From the NCBI GenBank assembly GCA_963667015.2, contig CAXXJJ010000001.1, positions 1,952,001 through 2,016,000 of the forward strand: a stretch of 64,000 nt of DNA. The letters run 5' to 3'. The notes under the pieces are model-generated. The model made no database searches. It saw only the letters and a program-made list of their open reading frames with translations, and was not told the DNA's origin. Positions 49,999-59,841 of the stretch are shown here, piece after piece; position 1 is the stretch's first letter; the number at the start of each line of letters is the position of its first letter. This DNA is from Desulfatiglandales bacterium (GTDB lineage: Bacteria; Desulfobacterota; DSM-4660; Desulfatiglandales; HGW-15). A program made the position numbers and the translations under genes.

Positions 49999-51324
49999 CT
50001 ATGAATCAAAATCCTTAACCATCCAGCGGTCATAGCCGCACGAAGCCAATTCAAGGCCGAGGGCCGCATAAAAAACACCCAGTAACAATGACCACCACGG
50101 AATCAATGTCAATTTATTGAAATAACTAATGAACGGGATCATTACATAAAAAAAGACTTTAGTAATGATCAAAAAGTTGAAAAAGTTCAAAATGGTTGAG
50201 CCGAAACTGCTGATCCAGATGACCAGACCAAACGATCCTATTTGCGCCATTAGAGAATAGGAAATTGAAATAAAAAGAAATTCAGGGGCTGGTTTTGCAA
50301 CTGAGGTAAAAATCAATAAAACAGTCACAGTCATAAAAGCTCCCCACCAAATTAATTGGTGAGTGATGAAAGACATTGCCACCTGTTTCAGGTAGGTATC
50401 TCTTCTGACAGGCATCATGAGATCCTGAGCCATGAAACGGCTTTTTTTATTAAATTGTCTGATAACTAAAAATAGCGGCATGAGTGTAGCCACAAGGAGT
50501 CTTATCTCCGGGAGGAAGGTTTCGTCAGTTAAAAAGTAAAACAACATTAAAGAGAGATTAATGTAAGCTGCATGAAAAAGGGCAGACCAGACAGGACTGT
50601 TTGAAAAGTTCCACCGCAATATCCTTGACCAGTATGAATCAGTAGCATGTCGGGAATGATAAATCATTCTTACTGCCCTTCTATTGGTGAACCACCTCCG
50701 CCACCCCTGAGAATCATATATGGAGAATTTAAGGTTAAGGTTGTATTCCGGTTTTTCTTCGTTGAGCAGAAACAATCGAATGATGCCTGTTATGCTGAGT
50801 ACCGCACCGACGCCTAGAAAAATGAGCGCGTTCCCTGAAGCAATCTTTTCGATGCTGCTCTGGATTTGCTCAAATAATGTAAAAATCCATACTGCCGCTA
50901 TGAGAGAAAGGAAGGTATTGCCCAGGCGCAATATGGTCCAGAGAATTATGCCGAACAGGAATGTCATGAGCGAGACTAACCCGATGGTTTGCCAATTGAT
51001 CAGCAGGGCTACTACTCCCGGCAGGAGAACGACGAAAACAAGAGCAACAATTATCGACACAATACCATGAACCTTTCGAAAACCTGGTGTCAGGGATGCC
51101 CTGGCGTCGGCGAACTGCTCCTTCGCGTGAATTGTCCAACAGGAAAACAGGATCATGAATAGTAACAAGATGATCGATACACATATATGCTTTTCGATGA
51201 GTATGCTGGGTAAGAAAAGCATAGCAAAAATGTATAAGATAATTGAGATGAGTAAATATCGTTGCAACACACCAAACGGGTGTCGGAGGTAGGTAAGCAT
51301 GACCTGAATGTAGGTATTAGGCAT
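49999..51324 (-). CDS. ABC transporter permease paralog 2
   Basis: Multi-TM; shares KEQFA..RASLTPGFRK and GY.RW.VKDF with its neighbours. Confidence 0.8.
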   Translation of the reverse strand: MPNTYIQVMLTYLRHPFGVLQRYLLISIILYIFAMLFLPSILIEKHICVSIILLLFMILFSCWTIHAKEQFADARASLTPGFRKVHGIVSIIVALVFVVLLPGVVALLINWQTIGLVSLMTFLFGIILWTILRLGNTFLSLIAAVWIFTLFEQIQSSIEKIASGNALIFLGVGAVLSITGIIRLFLLNEEKPEYNLNLKFSIYDSQGWRRWFTNRRAVRMIYHSRHATDSYWSRILRWNFSNSPVWSALFHAAYINLSLMLFYFLTDETFLPEIRLLVATLMPLFLVIRQFNKKSRFMAQDLMMPVRRDTYLKQVAMSFITHQLIWWGAFMTVTVLLIFTSVAKPAPEFLFISISYSLMAQIGSFGLVIWISSFGSTILNFFNFLIITKVFFYVMIPFISYFNKLTLIPWWSLLLGVFYAALGLELASCGYDRWMVKDFDS

Positions 51325-51370
51325 GATTCATCTCCAATAAAGTGTCTTCAAGATTAACGTGTGTTTGCTC
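51317..51370 (-). pseudogene. C-terminal remnant of a deleted ABC ATPase copy
   Basis: Translates EQTHVNLEDTLLEMNHA*, matching the ends of both intact ATPases. Confidence 0.85.
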
Positions 51371-51387
51371 AATGGTTGCTTCAATCA

Positions 51388-52734
51388 TCATATGATGTAC
51401 CTTTTATTGAATAGTACCGCTCCCATGTTTTCGTCCTTCTGCTTTGGATCAAAATCCTTGACCATCCAGCGGCGATAACCCCGCCAGGTTAAAAGCAGGC
51501 CGAGGAGCGCAAGAAGAACCCCCAGTATTAGAGGTTTCCACGGGACAACCATCTGTACATCTAAAGCTTTCATATATTCTACAGAAAGCCATGTTATTAT
51601 GATCAATATTAGATACAAAGGCGTTATACGGGAACTGTAGATCCAGATAGCCAGTCCGAACATCCATATTTGCATCATAAAGGAATAAGTGATTGAATAA
51701 ATAAAAAATTCAGGGTTTGGTTTTGCTGATACGATAAAAATCCAAACAATGGATACTGCAATTGCTAAAGTCCATGCAATAAATTGAATGAAAGCAAAAG
51801 AGATCCCCAGTTCCTTCAGGTAGCTGTCTCTACTGACAGGCATCATGATATCCTGCGCCATGAAACGCCTTTTTTTATTAAACTCATAAATGAGTAAAAT
51901 CAGCGGGATAATTGTTGCCCCTTGGAAGTTTACTGTTTCGTTAAAATGACCCACAGATGTAGAAAGGAGTTTAAAAAAAATTGTTAAAAAAAGAGCCGAC
52001 AAAACAGAACGGTTTAAAAAGTTCCACCGGTGCATCCTGGACCAGCAGGAGTCAGCTGCATGTCGGGCATGATAAATCATTCTTGCTGCCGTTCTGCTGG
52101 CGAACCATCTTCGCCATCCCCGGGATTTATGCATGAGGGATTTAAAGCTCAAGCGGTATTCCGAATTATCTTCGTTAAGCAGAAACAAGCGGATGATGCC
52201 GGTTATGCTTAGAATTATGCCGATGCTCATGATAATGAATATCTGAACCGGCTCGTTTCCTGAAACAATCTTTTCGATGTTTTCCCGGATCGGCACAAAT
52301 AATGTTAAAACCAATCCGGCCGCTATGATAGGAAAGAAAATGTTGCCCAGGCGCAATATAGCCCAGAGTATTATGCCGAACAGGAGCGTCGTGATGGAGA
52401 TTAATCCGATGGGTTGCCTGTTGATCAACAGGGCTGTTACTCCCGGCAGGAGAATGACTAAAACAGTTGCAGCAGTTGTTGCTACAACAGCATGAATCTT
52501 TCGAAAACCCGGCGTCAGTGATGCCCGGGGAGTGGCGAACTGTTCCTTTACATGAACTGACCAACAGGAAAACAGGACAATAAACAGGAACAGGTAAAAC
52601 TGTAGAACCTTGCCGACATTGAAAAATATGTAAATATTAAAAAATAGAATGCCCGAGATGAATAAAGATCGATGCAACAGCCTGGCCGGCCGTTGCAGAT
52701 AGGTACGTGCAACCTGAAAGTATGGGTTAGGCAT
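51388..52734 (-). CDS. ABC transporter permease paralog 1
   Basis: Multi-TM; start overlaps the ATPase stop. Confidence 0.8.
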   Translation of the reverse strand: MPNPYFQVARTYLQRPARLLHRSLFISGILFFNIYIFFNVGKVLQFYLFLFIVLFSCWSVHVKEQFATPRASLTPGFRKIHAVVATTAATVLVILLPGVTALLINRQPIGLISITTLLFGIILWAILRLGNIFFPIIAAGLVLTLFVPIRENIEKIVSGNEPVQIFIIMSIGIILSITGIIRLFLLNEDNSEYRLSFKSLMHKSRGWRRWFASRTAARMIYHARHAADSCWSRMHRWNFLNRSVLSALFLTIFFKLLSTSVGHFNETVNFQGATIIPLILLIYEFNKKRRFMAQDIMMPVSRDSYLKELGISFAFIQFIAWTLAIAVSIVWIFIVSAKPNPEFFIYSITYSFMMQIWMFGLAIWIYSSRITPLYLILIIITWLSVEYMKALDVQMVVPWKPLILGVLLALLGLLLTWRGYRRWMVKDFDPKQKDENMGAVLFNKRYII

Positions 52735-53440
52735 TATGCATCTCCAGAAAGGTGTCTTCGAGGTTGACGTGTGTCTGCTCCTTTAAATCCTCAAGTAATC
52801 CGTGCCAGACAATGGTTCCGGACTTCAGGATTGCTACTGAATCTGCTACGCGTTCGAGATCCGAGGTGATGTGGGTGGAAAAGAGGACTGTTCGTTTATC
52901 CGGTTCGGCGAGTTCTATAATCATCTGCAGAAACTGTCGTCGTGCCTTGGGATCGAGACTTGCGGCGGGTTCATCAAGAATAAGCAGGTCCGGTTCGTGC
53001 CCGAGTGCAAGGAGTATTGCCACCTTCTGACGCTGTCCTACTGAAAGCGGACCGATGCGATCTTCCGCAGGAATATCCAGTTCCTTTATCAAACGTGAAA
53101 CCAGATCATGATTCCAGTTGGTATAGAATGCAGCAGTGTAGTCTATCAAGTCCCGGACCGTCATCCATTCATACAGGTTGATAACCTGGGGGACGTATCC
53201 GATTCGGCTTTTGGCTTCAGGGCTCAGATCCCAGGAAGGTTCTCCCAAAAGACGTGCTTCGCCGCTTTGGGGTCGAATCAGACCCAGGGCGCACTTGATG
53301 AGGGTTGTCTTGCCAGAGCCGTTGGTTCCGAGCAGGCCCAGAACAGAGCCTCTTTGGACCGAAAGGTCCAGTCCGTTCAATACATCTTTGTTTTCATAGG
53401 ATTTTATAATTCCGCTTAGTTCGATGGTTGTTTCATTCAT
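52727..53440 (-). CDS. ABC transporter ATP-binding protein, copy 1
   Basis: GTNGSGKTT, LSVGQRQK, LILDEP. Confidence 0.93.
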   Translation of the reverse strand: MNETTIELSGIIKSYENKDVLNGLDLSVQRGSVLGLLGTNGSGKTTLIKCALGLIRPQSGEARLLGEPSWDLSPEAKSRIGYVPQVINLYEWMTVRDLIDYTAAFYTNWNHDLVSRLIKELDIPAEDRIGPLSVGQRQKVAILLALGHEPDLLILDEPAASLDPKARRQFLQMIIELAEPDKRTVLFSTHITSDLERVADSVAILKSGTIVWHGLLEDLKEQTHVNLEDTFLEMHNA

Positions 53441-53462
53441 GATTGGATTTCCTCTTAGTTAT

Positions 53463-53831
53463 TTATTTCCACATTTCATCCAATAAACGATGAACTTCTT
53501 CTGCATCTATGCCTAATGTTTTTGCCAGTTCGGTGACCTGAGTGATCTGCTGGTAGAGAACCTGTTTTTGAGAATTCATCTGGCCCGAGGGGATATTGTC
53601 TGCTACAAAGGTGCCCTGTCCGTGACGTCGTTCCAGCAGGCCCTCGGCAGTCAGCCGTTCGTAGACCCGAAGGATTGTGTTCTGGTTGACGGAGAGCTCA
53701 GAGGCCAGAGCCCGAACAGAGGGAAGCCGGTCTCCGGGTTTGAGCGCTTTACTGGCACACTGTGCCCTGATTTGAGCAGCGATTTGCCGGGTGATTGGCA
53801 TTCCGGAAGATGTTTCTACACGAATTTGCAT
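53463..53831 (-). CDS. GntR-family regulator, YtrA subfamily
   Basis: 122 aa; LKPGDRLPSVRALASELSVNQNT...GQGTFV; heads an ABC operon. Confidence 0.92.
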   Translation of the reverse strand: MQIRVETSSGMPITRQIAAQIRAQCASKALKPGDRLPSVRALASELSVNQNTILRVYERLTAEGLLERRHGQGTFVADNIPSGQMNSQKQVLYQQITQVTELAKTLGIDAEEVHRLLDEMWK

Positions 53832-53850
53832 CTTTTTGCCTCCAAGTGAT

Positions 53851-53884
53851 TACACTTATATAACAGTAGTCAATTAGATGTCAA
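53851..53884 (-). promoter_or_regulatory. Promoter with overlapping YtrA-type palindromic operator
   Basis: TTGACA (minus, 53884-53879) and imperfect palindrome TACACTTATATAACAGTA over the -10 region. Confidence 0.55.
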
Positions 53885-53896
53885 GAATAAAAAAAC

Positions 53897-53929
53897 AGAG
53901 ATCAGAAGTCAGAGATCAGATGTCAGAGG
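53897..53929 (+). repeat. Short heptamer tandem repeat
   Basis: AGAGATC AGAAGTC AGAGATC AGATGTC AGAGG. Confidence 0.6.
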
Positions 53930-54040
53930 GCAATAAGAAATCTCCTGTAAGGACTTTTCTGAAATAATTGTGATCCGGATAGGTCATTCAGCTGAGAACT
54001 GTGCCACAGTCTTTCGATGGGATCAGGGTATGATAAAGCG

Positions 54041-54269
54041 GTGGAGGGGGAAACCCGATACTGTTGTCTTAGGGTTTAGTTTTTAGCCGCATCGCGGTGT
54101 TATGTTAATAGTCACAATAATACAAAAATAAATAGCCCCATAGGGGCGACATAGTTGGAATGTATCGCTCCTACAGAGCTTAGAATATTATTTGTCCCTG
54201 AGAGCCTATTAACATATCGCATCCAGAGATGCTTTTGGGAAACAAGTTTCTTAAATCAACAACATTGGG
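54041..54269 (+). repeat. About 230 bp multi-palindrome REP cluster, copy A
   Basis: Contains GCCGCATCGCGG, GCCCCATAGGGGC, GCTCCTACAGAGC, GCATCCAGAGATGC; inverted homolog at 57645-57872. Confidence 0.75.
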
Positions 54270-54365
54270 CATAAAACCGCACCCCACGTTGAAAAGGGAG
54301 GTTTTTCGCAGGGTGATATTCTTGTCCCGGCATAGCCTTGGCGACGACGGCAGCCTGCTTTTCCC

Positions 54366-54857
54366 CTATGCCTTTAACCTTTCAATTTCTTCCTTGGCCT
54401 TTATTAATTCCGCGCTTGTTTCTCTTAAACGTTCCGCCAGGATCTGAGAAAAAACCCTGTAAAGGATGCTTGAAAAAATGTACTTGTCATTACCCGATAA
54501 TCTATCAATATAGGAGGCATCTGTTGCCAGGCAGACTGTCTTATCAACTGAATAAATGGTTGCAGAGCGTGGAGAAGCGTCAATTATGCCCATTTCACCA
54601 AATACATCCCCTGTACGTTTTAGAATACTCAAACTTTCATCGTTCTTGACTACTTTTATTTTTCCGCTGATAAGAAAAAATATCCAGGAATCATAACCGC
54701 CTTCTTTCAGAATCACCTCTCCCGGCTCATATTGCCTTAATTTACTCATTTCAAGGATTCCTAAAAGGTCCTTGTCAGAAAAATCTTCAAAGCTCGGTAT
54801 TTTTTTTAATTTTTCAACATATTTAAGATTGTCCTTTAAATATTCAGATTCGATCAT
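54366..54857 (-). CDS. Stand-alone cyclic nucleotide-binding domain protein
   Basis: GDVFGEMGIIDASPRSAT phosphate-binding cassette; no HTH. Confidence 0.88.
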   Translation of the reverse strand: MIESEYLKDNLKYVEKLKKIPSFEDFSDKDLLGILEMSKLRQYEPGEVILKEGGYDSWIFFLISGKIKVVKNDESLSILKRTGDVFGEMGIIDASPRSATIYSVDKTVCLATDASYIDRLSGNDKYIFSSILYRVFSQILAERLRETSAELIKAKEEIERLKA

Positions 54858-55099
54858 GTCATGTCTCCCCTGATAAGATTGCTGAAAAGGCTTTATTAAT
54901 CCTTATGCCCCTGACAATAATTTCAACGTCTGTATTCTTGTGTTATTTATAAATTTATATAAATAAAAAACAATCCTATCACAATTTGATTATTTTGGGA
55001 AAACTTCAGATTGCAAATATAAATAAAAATTAAAGACTGTTTTTAGAGTTATTTGATTTTAATCAGCTTACTTTCAATAGTTAAAAGCGGCGTATTATT

Positions 55100-55510
55100 T
55101 CATTTAATAAAATCTTTTGGCACGGTTTCTTCATATGCCGGCAGATCATCTGTGATTGAGTACCATGATGCTTTAGACCCGACAAAAATATTGACAACAG
55201 GTTTAAGATTGGGGTCATCATCCAAAGTGCCTGCCGGAATGGCAACATTATTATACTCCTCAAAAATAGCGGGAACGCAGGACCCACAGATTTTACAGAA
55301 GGATCGATTTATTTCAGGAGATGGGTTATAAACCTGAATATGCTCTTCCCCTTTAATCCATTTGAAATAATCTTTACTGATATGAAGGAAACTGCCAAAG
55401 GCCGCACCGCTTGCTTTTCTGCATTGCGAACAATGACAATTATTAATTAATTGACCCTGTTCGGCTAATTCATATTCGATTTTTCCGCATAAACATGAGC
55501 CTTTGATCAT
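55100..55510 (-). CDS. GFA/CENP-V family zinc protein
   Basis: GSCLCG, CHCSQCRK, FCKICGS. Confidence 0.9.
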   Translation of the reverse strand: MIKGSCLCGKIEYELAEQGQLINNCHCSQCRKASGAAFGSFLHISKDYFKWIKGEEHIQVYNPSPEINRSFCKICGSCVPAIFEEYNNVAIPAGTLDDDPNLKPVVNIFVGSKASWYSITDDLPAYEETVPKDFIK

Positions 55511-55562
55511 TAGAATGCCTCCGGAGAAGATAACTGCTTAAAAACTGCTCATGGCAGCATGT

Positions 55563-56321
55563 TTATATGTTGTCTCGTGGAGCAGATTGGATTCCTCTCA
55601 TATGATCGATTACAAGCCATGGAAGCCAGAGACCAGGTTCAGCGCAAATATCATCTCCTGAGATATACTCCACACACTTAACCGCTTCCTCAAGGCTGTC
55701 GATGAATCCGTACCGGTTCGGTTTGATTCCGAGGGATTCCTCTACTTGAGTATCAAGGCTGTTGCAAAGCCACGAACAAGACAGTGTATAATCGAATGCC
55801 AGAGGTTCGAATCCGAGAACATCTCCACTTTGTATCGGTAACTTCTCTTCCAGAATGGCTTCGTGAATTCCCTGCCGTCCATTTGGCGCGAATCCCGGCT
55901 GCTGAAGGAGAGGTTCTGCTTTTTTACAAAACTCCTGCACCATATCCCTGTGTAAACATAATTCAAGAACCCTGACCCCGGGCACATTTCTGAGAAAACG
56001 AATAACGAGTTCTTCTGCTGTTTCATAATTAAAAATTACGTTCGGCCATCCGATTGACCTGCCGAATCGTGATGTTGCCCATTCTGTGATTTCATTCAGA
56101 TCATGTAAACTCAAACCAAACTTTTCAGATTCTTCAATTCGATTATCCCAGGTGTCCTGTGTCCATTCAATGCACCAGGTATCAGGAATAAAGGGCCCAA
56201 TGCAACCTGATGCACTGACAATATGATCTGGCAATAAATCAGGAGATACATATGAAGGTCGATCAACCTCACATGTAATAAGAAAACCGCCGGAAATAAA
56301 GTTTGATAGATGTTTTTCCAT
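55563..56321 (-). CDS. Hypothetical protein
   Basis: 252-aa ORF with SD GAGG; no family recognised. Confidence 0.7.
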   Translation of the reverse strand: MEKHLSNFISGGFLITCEVDRPSYVSPDLLPDHIVSASGCIGPFIPDTWCIEWTQDTWDNRIEESEKFGLSLHDLNEITEWATSRFGRSIGWPNVIFNYETAEELVIRFLRNVPGVRVLELCLHRDMVQEFCKKAEPLLQQPGFAPNGRQGIHEAILEEKLPIQSGDVLGFEPLAFDYTLSCSWLCNSLDTQVEESLGIKPNRYGFIDSLEEAVKCVEYISGDDICAEPGLWLPWLVIDHMRGIQSAPRDNI

Positions 56322-56436
56322 TATCTATTCAGCCTCAATTAAAGCGCTCACAAGCACTGCAATAACTTCAAACCGCAATGCAAATGTACTTCTTAATGTT
56401 TTTAATGGTATTATATTTTCACTGGTTGGTTCTTTT

Positions 56437-57297
56437 TTAAATTTTACTTGGGGCATCAATTATTTTTCTCACTTTCATATCAGTTCTTTCATAGGAATTT
56501 TCTATTTCCACATTCACATAACCTTCCAATTCGAGAAGATATCCATTCGCACAAATATATATTTCTCTATATAATTGAGCAAAAGTCAAAGGATCATACA
56601 ATGCATATCCTTTTCCTTTAGCTTCTCCTCCTTTAGGATCATTTACCTTAACATTAAAGGTTAACTCAGTAACGACACAACTCTGATCCTTGTAAGTTCC
56701 CAAACCTTTAACAACTTCTCTAAATTTAAATGGAATATTCAGCAGAATAATTTGATTAAAATAGCTACTATAGGATTCTGTTAAAATATCTCCTGTGTTG
56801 ATAATTTTGCCTGCTAATGAGAGTCTGTTTTTTATAATCTCATCCATCCTCTTCTTCGAAGTATTTATTGACTCACTGGGTATATCATCCAGGTAGTCAG
56901 CATCTAAATCCATCTTTACTAATTTGCCATTTATTTCATGGATGCAATCAAATTTTCCAATAAGGTTTTCTCGTTTTTCTGATGAATATCTGACCATGTC
57001 GTATATGTTACTGCTATAAACTAAGTTGTTATCAACTTTAGTATCTATTGTGGTATCTGTTTCAGTACGATAGGTTATATTACTTTCTCCCTTTGTCACT
57101 GTAAGTTTTAAAAAATCTTTTGCCTTGTAATTTGCATCAACTATTTTTATTTTTATACCATCTTTTATTTCTGTTACAGGAGGAGGAGATGGGAATACGG
57201 ATGAAGTAAAGGAAGGCAAACTCCCATATGGATTAGTATTTTTACACCCAAAGAAAAATAAAAGACACAAAACTAAAGTAAAACTGAACTTATTCAT
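56437..57297 (-). CDS. Hypothetical lipoprotein, AT-rich
   Basis: Lipobox FFGC, Pro/Ser-rich linker. Confidence 0.7.
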   Translation of the reverse strand: MNKFSFTLVLCLLFFFGCKNTNPYGSLPSFTSSVFPSPPPVTEIKDGIKIKIVDANYKAKDFLKLTVTKGESNITYRTETDTTIDTKVDNNLVYSSNIYDMVRYSSEKRENLIGKFDCIHEINGKLVKMDLDADYLDDIPSESINTSKKRMDEIIKNRLSLAGKIINTGDILTESYSSYFNQIILLNIPFKFREVVKGLGTYKDQSCVVTELTFNVKVNDPKGGEAKGKGYALYDPLTFAQLYREIYICANGYLLELEGYVNVEIENSYERTDMKVRKIIDAPSKI

Positions 57298-57644
57298 TAT
57301 CACTCACCTATTTCTTTTCTGAATATCATTAGTTGTTAAAATTGCCATAATTACTTTTTTCTTGCTCACCGGCCATCATGGGGATATCTGGTTTGCCGCT
57401 CTTCGTTGTGTCGTCAATCAACGAATAGTACAGATTTGCTCAGTTAAATCCACAAAACAGGATGGGGGGCAGTATCTAACAGGATTAATTCTATAACATT
57501 TCTTAGGTTTATTTAACATAAATATGAAGCTTTTCATTTCATTTTATAATTCAGGTAATAAATTGGGGATTGTTCCTATTTACTCATAACTATCCCGCTG
57601 TTAAATTAACTGTTATACCCCACCATATGGAGACAGGTTTAAAT

Positions 57645-57872
57645 CCCAATGTTGTTGAAATAAGGAAGTTGCATCCAAAAAGCATCCCTGGATGCGATAT
57701 ATTAATAGAAACACAGATGCATATAAAATGATAAGCTCTGTAGGAGCGGCACATGAAAACTATATCACCCCTCCGGGGCTAAATATTTATGTAATATTGT
57801 GGCTATTAATATATCACCGCGATGCGGTTAAAAATTAATGCTTAAAGCAACAATACTGGTTTTATACCCCAC
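57645..57872 (-). repeat. About 230 bp multi-palindrome REP cluster, copy B (inverted relative to copy A)
   Basis: CCCAATGTTGTTGA...GCATCCCTGGATGC...GCTCTGTAGGAGC...CCCCTCCGGGG...CCGCGATGCGG mirrors 54041-54269. Confidence 0.75.
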
Positions 57873-58036
57873 CATGCGGAGACAGGTTTAAAACCTGTCT
57901 CTACAAAATGGAGATCTTTACTGATTCAGAAATTATGATACAGCCTTCAGTCTATCAGCCTGCTTAATTGCCTGCCCCTCTCTAAACTCCTTATCCAATA
58001 TCAGGGTTTACCCTGACAGACATACTTTTTATTTAC

Positions 58037-58687
58037 TTAATCCAGACTGAACGGGGGATATTCGTCAGTAACAAGGAGAAAGGCATATGCGTAAACCCTT
58101 AATCCCCAGCGCATAACCCCCACAACAAAATAAAACAGTTCCTTCGGGTAACTGCCAGTTCGCAGGATAATGAACCATGCAATAATCACCGAAAAAATGG
58201 CAGCAATGGCCAGAAAAGTCAGAATAAAATAATGGGGAATTGCCAGCAGCCATTTGAACAGAGGCTGATATTGATCGAGGTCTTTTTCCGCATCGGGATA
58301 GTCTATCTCCAGGTGAACGGACTGTTCATCAACGGTTGAAGGATACCGGTCGGTCAGTAGAAAAAGGTAAGCAATGACCCTTGTGGCAAAACAGGTCAGT
58401 TCCCGGGCAAAATCAAACCACCAGCGTGGATAACGCTGCCTAAAGATGATCATTAAGGCGGTAACAATAAAAAGGCTGGCAAGTATCCCCCCTGAGGTGT
58501 GGCTGTTTTTCAAAACGACCTCTCCTGCAGCGCTCTCGCTGATAGTTTTTGTAACAGTCTCGCCGGAATTTAACAGGATGCCCAGAATTATGGAAATTGG
58601 AATAATCAGTATCAGACGAAAGAGGGTTTTCACTTTATCCTGTTTTTCAGGATAATCAATCGTAAGACGCAGGGCATATCGTGACAT
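58037..58687 (-). CDS. DUF4389 membrane protein (two internal repeats)
   Basis: RYPRWWFDF...LLTDRYP and KWLLAIPH...LLVTDEYPPFSL. Confidence 0.85.
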   Translation of the reverse strand: MSRYALRLTIDYPEKQDKVKTLFRLILIIPISIILGILLNSGETVTKTISESAAGEVVLKNSHTSGGILASLFIVTALMIIFRQRYPRWWFDFARELTCFATRVIAYLFLLTDRYPSTVDEQSVHLEIDYPDAEKDLDQYQPLFKWLLAIPHYFILTFLAIAAIFSVIIAWFIILRTGSYPKELFYFVVGVMRWGLRVYAYAFLLVTDEYPPFSLD

Positions 58688-58793
58688 ATTAAATACTCCC
58701 ATCAGAATAATTCATTTATTTTATAATATCTTAATCTGCTATTCTATGGATCTGAATATCTTTATAAATAGAATGTTATATATTTACCTGATA

Positions 58794-59597
58794 TCACCTG
58801 CTTTTATTCGTAAAAGGCATAAGCCACATATGCCAGAAACCCAGATTTTTAAATTTCCGGTGTGATCCGATACCGATTAATATTTTAGACTGATCTATGC
58901 CCCAGGTTAACGTGTTCAGAAATCGATCCCAAAAAGAAAATAAAACGCCGTAATTGGAGTCACGTTCTTTTATTTTTACAGAATGATGCACGCGGTGCAT
59001 TGAAGGCGGCACAAAAAATAAAACCCATATTTTTTCAAAAATTGGATTTACCCTTATACTGCTGTGATGAAACTGTATGGAAAAATTTACCATGATTTCG
59101 AAAAGCATATAAGTGATAAATGAAACACCGACTGAATATACAACCATCATGCGGACAAGGCCTGACATAAGAATTTCACCAATGTGAAAACGGCTTGCGG
59201 TAGACACATCCATATTCATATCTGAGTGATGAACCCGATGGAAGCGCCATAAAAATGGTACAGCATGGTTGAGGAGATGCCAAATATATAAAGCAAAATC
59301 AAGTATTAAAATTCCCAAAATTATTTTTAACCAACCCGGCATCGAATAAGAATTCAGCAGCCCGATTTGTCTGCTTTCTGCCGTCACAATAATTTCGGTA
59401 ATAACAGAAAAATAAATGAGATAGTAAACAGAACCGTTAATAATGGAAAGCGGAAGATTAGTTATCCAGCGTCTTGTCTTCGATACACTGGCCTGACGGT
59501 AGGAAAGGCTTAACTCCAGAACAAGGAATAAAGATAATCCTCCCCAGTAAAAGATCGTTTTTAAAGTATTAATATCAGTAAATGTAGTGTTATCCAA
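58794..59597 (-). CDS. Sterol desaturase/fatty acid hydroxylase family protein
   Basis: His boxes HLLNH, HRVHH, FHHS, HRVHH; SNYG..FSFWDR. Confidence 0.9.
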   Translation of the reverse strand: MDNTTFTDINTLKTIFYWGGLSLFLVLELSLSYRQASVSKTRRWITNLPLSIINGSVYYLIYFSVITEIIVTAESRQIGLLNSYSMPGWLKIILGILILDFALYIWHLLNHAVPFLWRFHRVHHSDMNMDVSTASRFHIGEILMSGLVRMMVVYSVGVSFITYMLFEIMVNFSIQFHHSSIRVNPIFEKIWVLFFVPPSMHRVHHSVKIKERDSNYGVLFSFWDRFLNTLTWGIDQSKILIGIGSHRKFKNLGFWHMWLMPFTNKSR

Positions 59598-59709
59598 AAT
59601 AATACCCGAACATGTTTGGCAAACAGTTAAAACCGAACAAATTATTGTATGAAGCTGTAAATATTTATAAAAAGAACGTTATGCAGAAAGATAGTTATAT
59701 AAAAAATAA

Positions 59710-59780
59710 GCAGGTCGGGTAAGCGAAGCCTTTCAACCTGCGCTCAAGGCCCTGGGTCTATCGAAGGGCAACCCAACAAA
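59710..59780 (+). repeat. Composite nested REP element, copy 2
   Basis: GCAGGTCGGGTAAGCGAAG[CCTTTCAACCTGCGCTCAAG...TCGAAGGG]CAACCCAACAAA. Confidence 0.7.
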
Positions 59781-59841
59781 GATGCTGTTCTTGCAATGAT
59801 TATACTGAGTTGAAAAGTTAACGGCGTCATTCTCACCCTTT

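Noticed and set aside
55060..56436. Additional attC sites around the GFA and hypothetical genes
   Set aside because: Only isolated AAC/GTT triplets; no paired R''/R' boxes with a palindromic core
57361..57445. Structured RNA or gene remnant upstream of the lipoprotein
   Set aside because: GC-richer patch, but no recognisable motif or convincing fold
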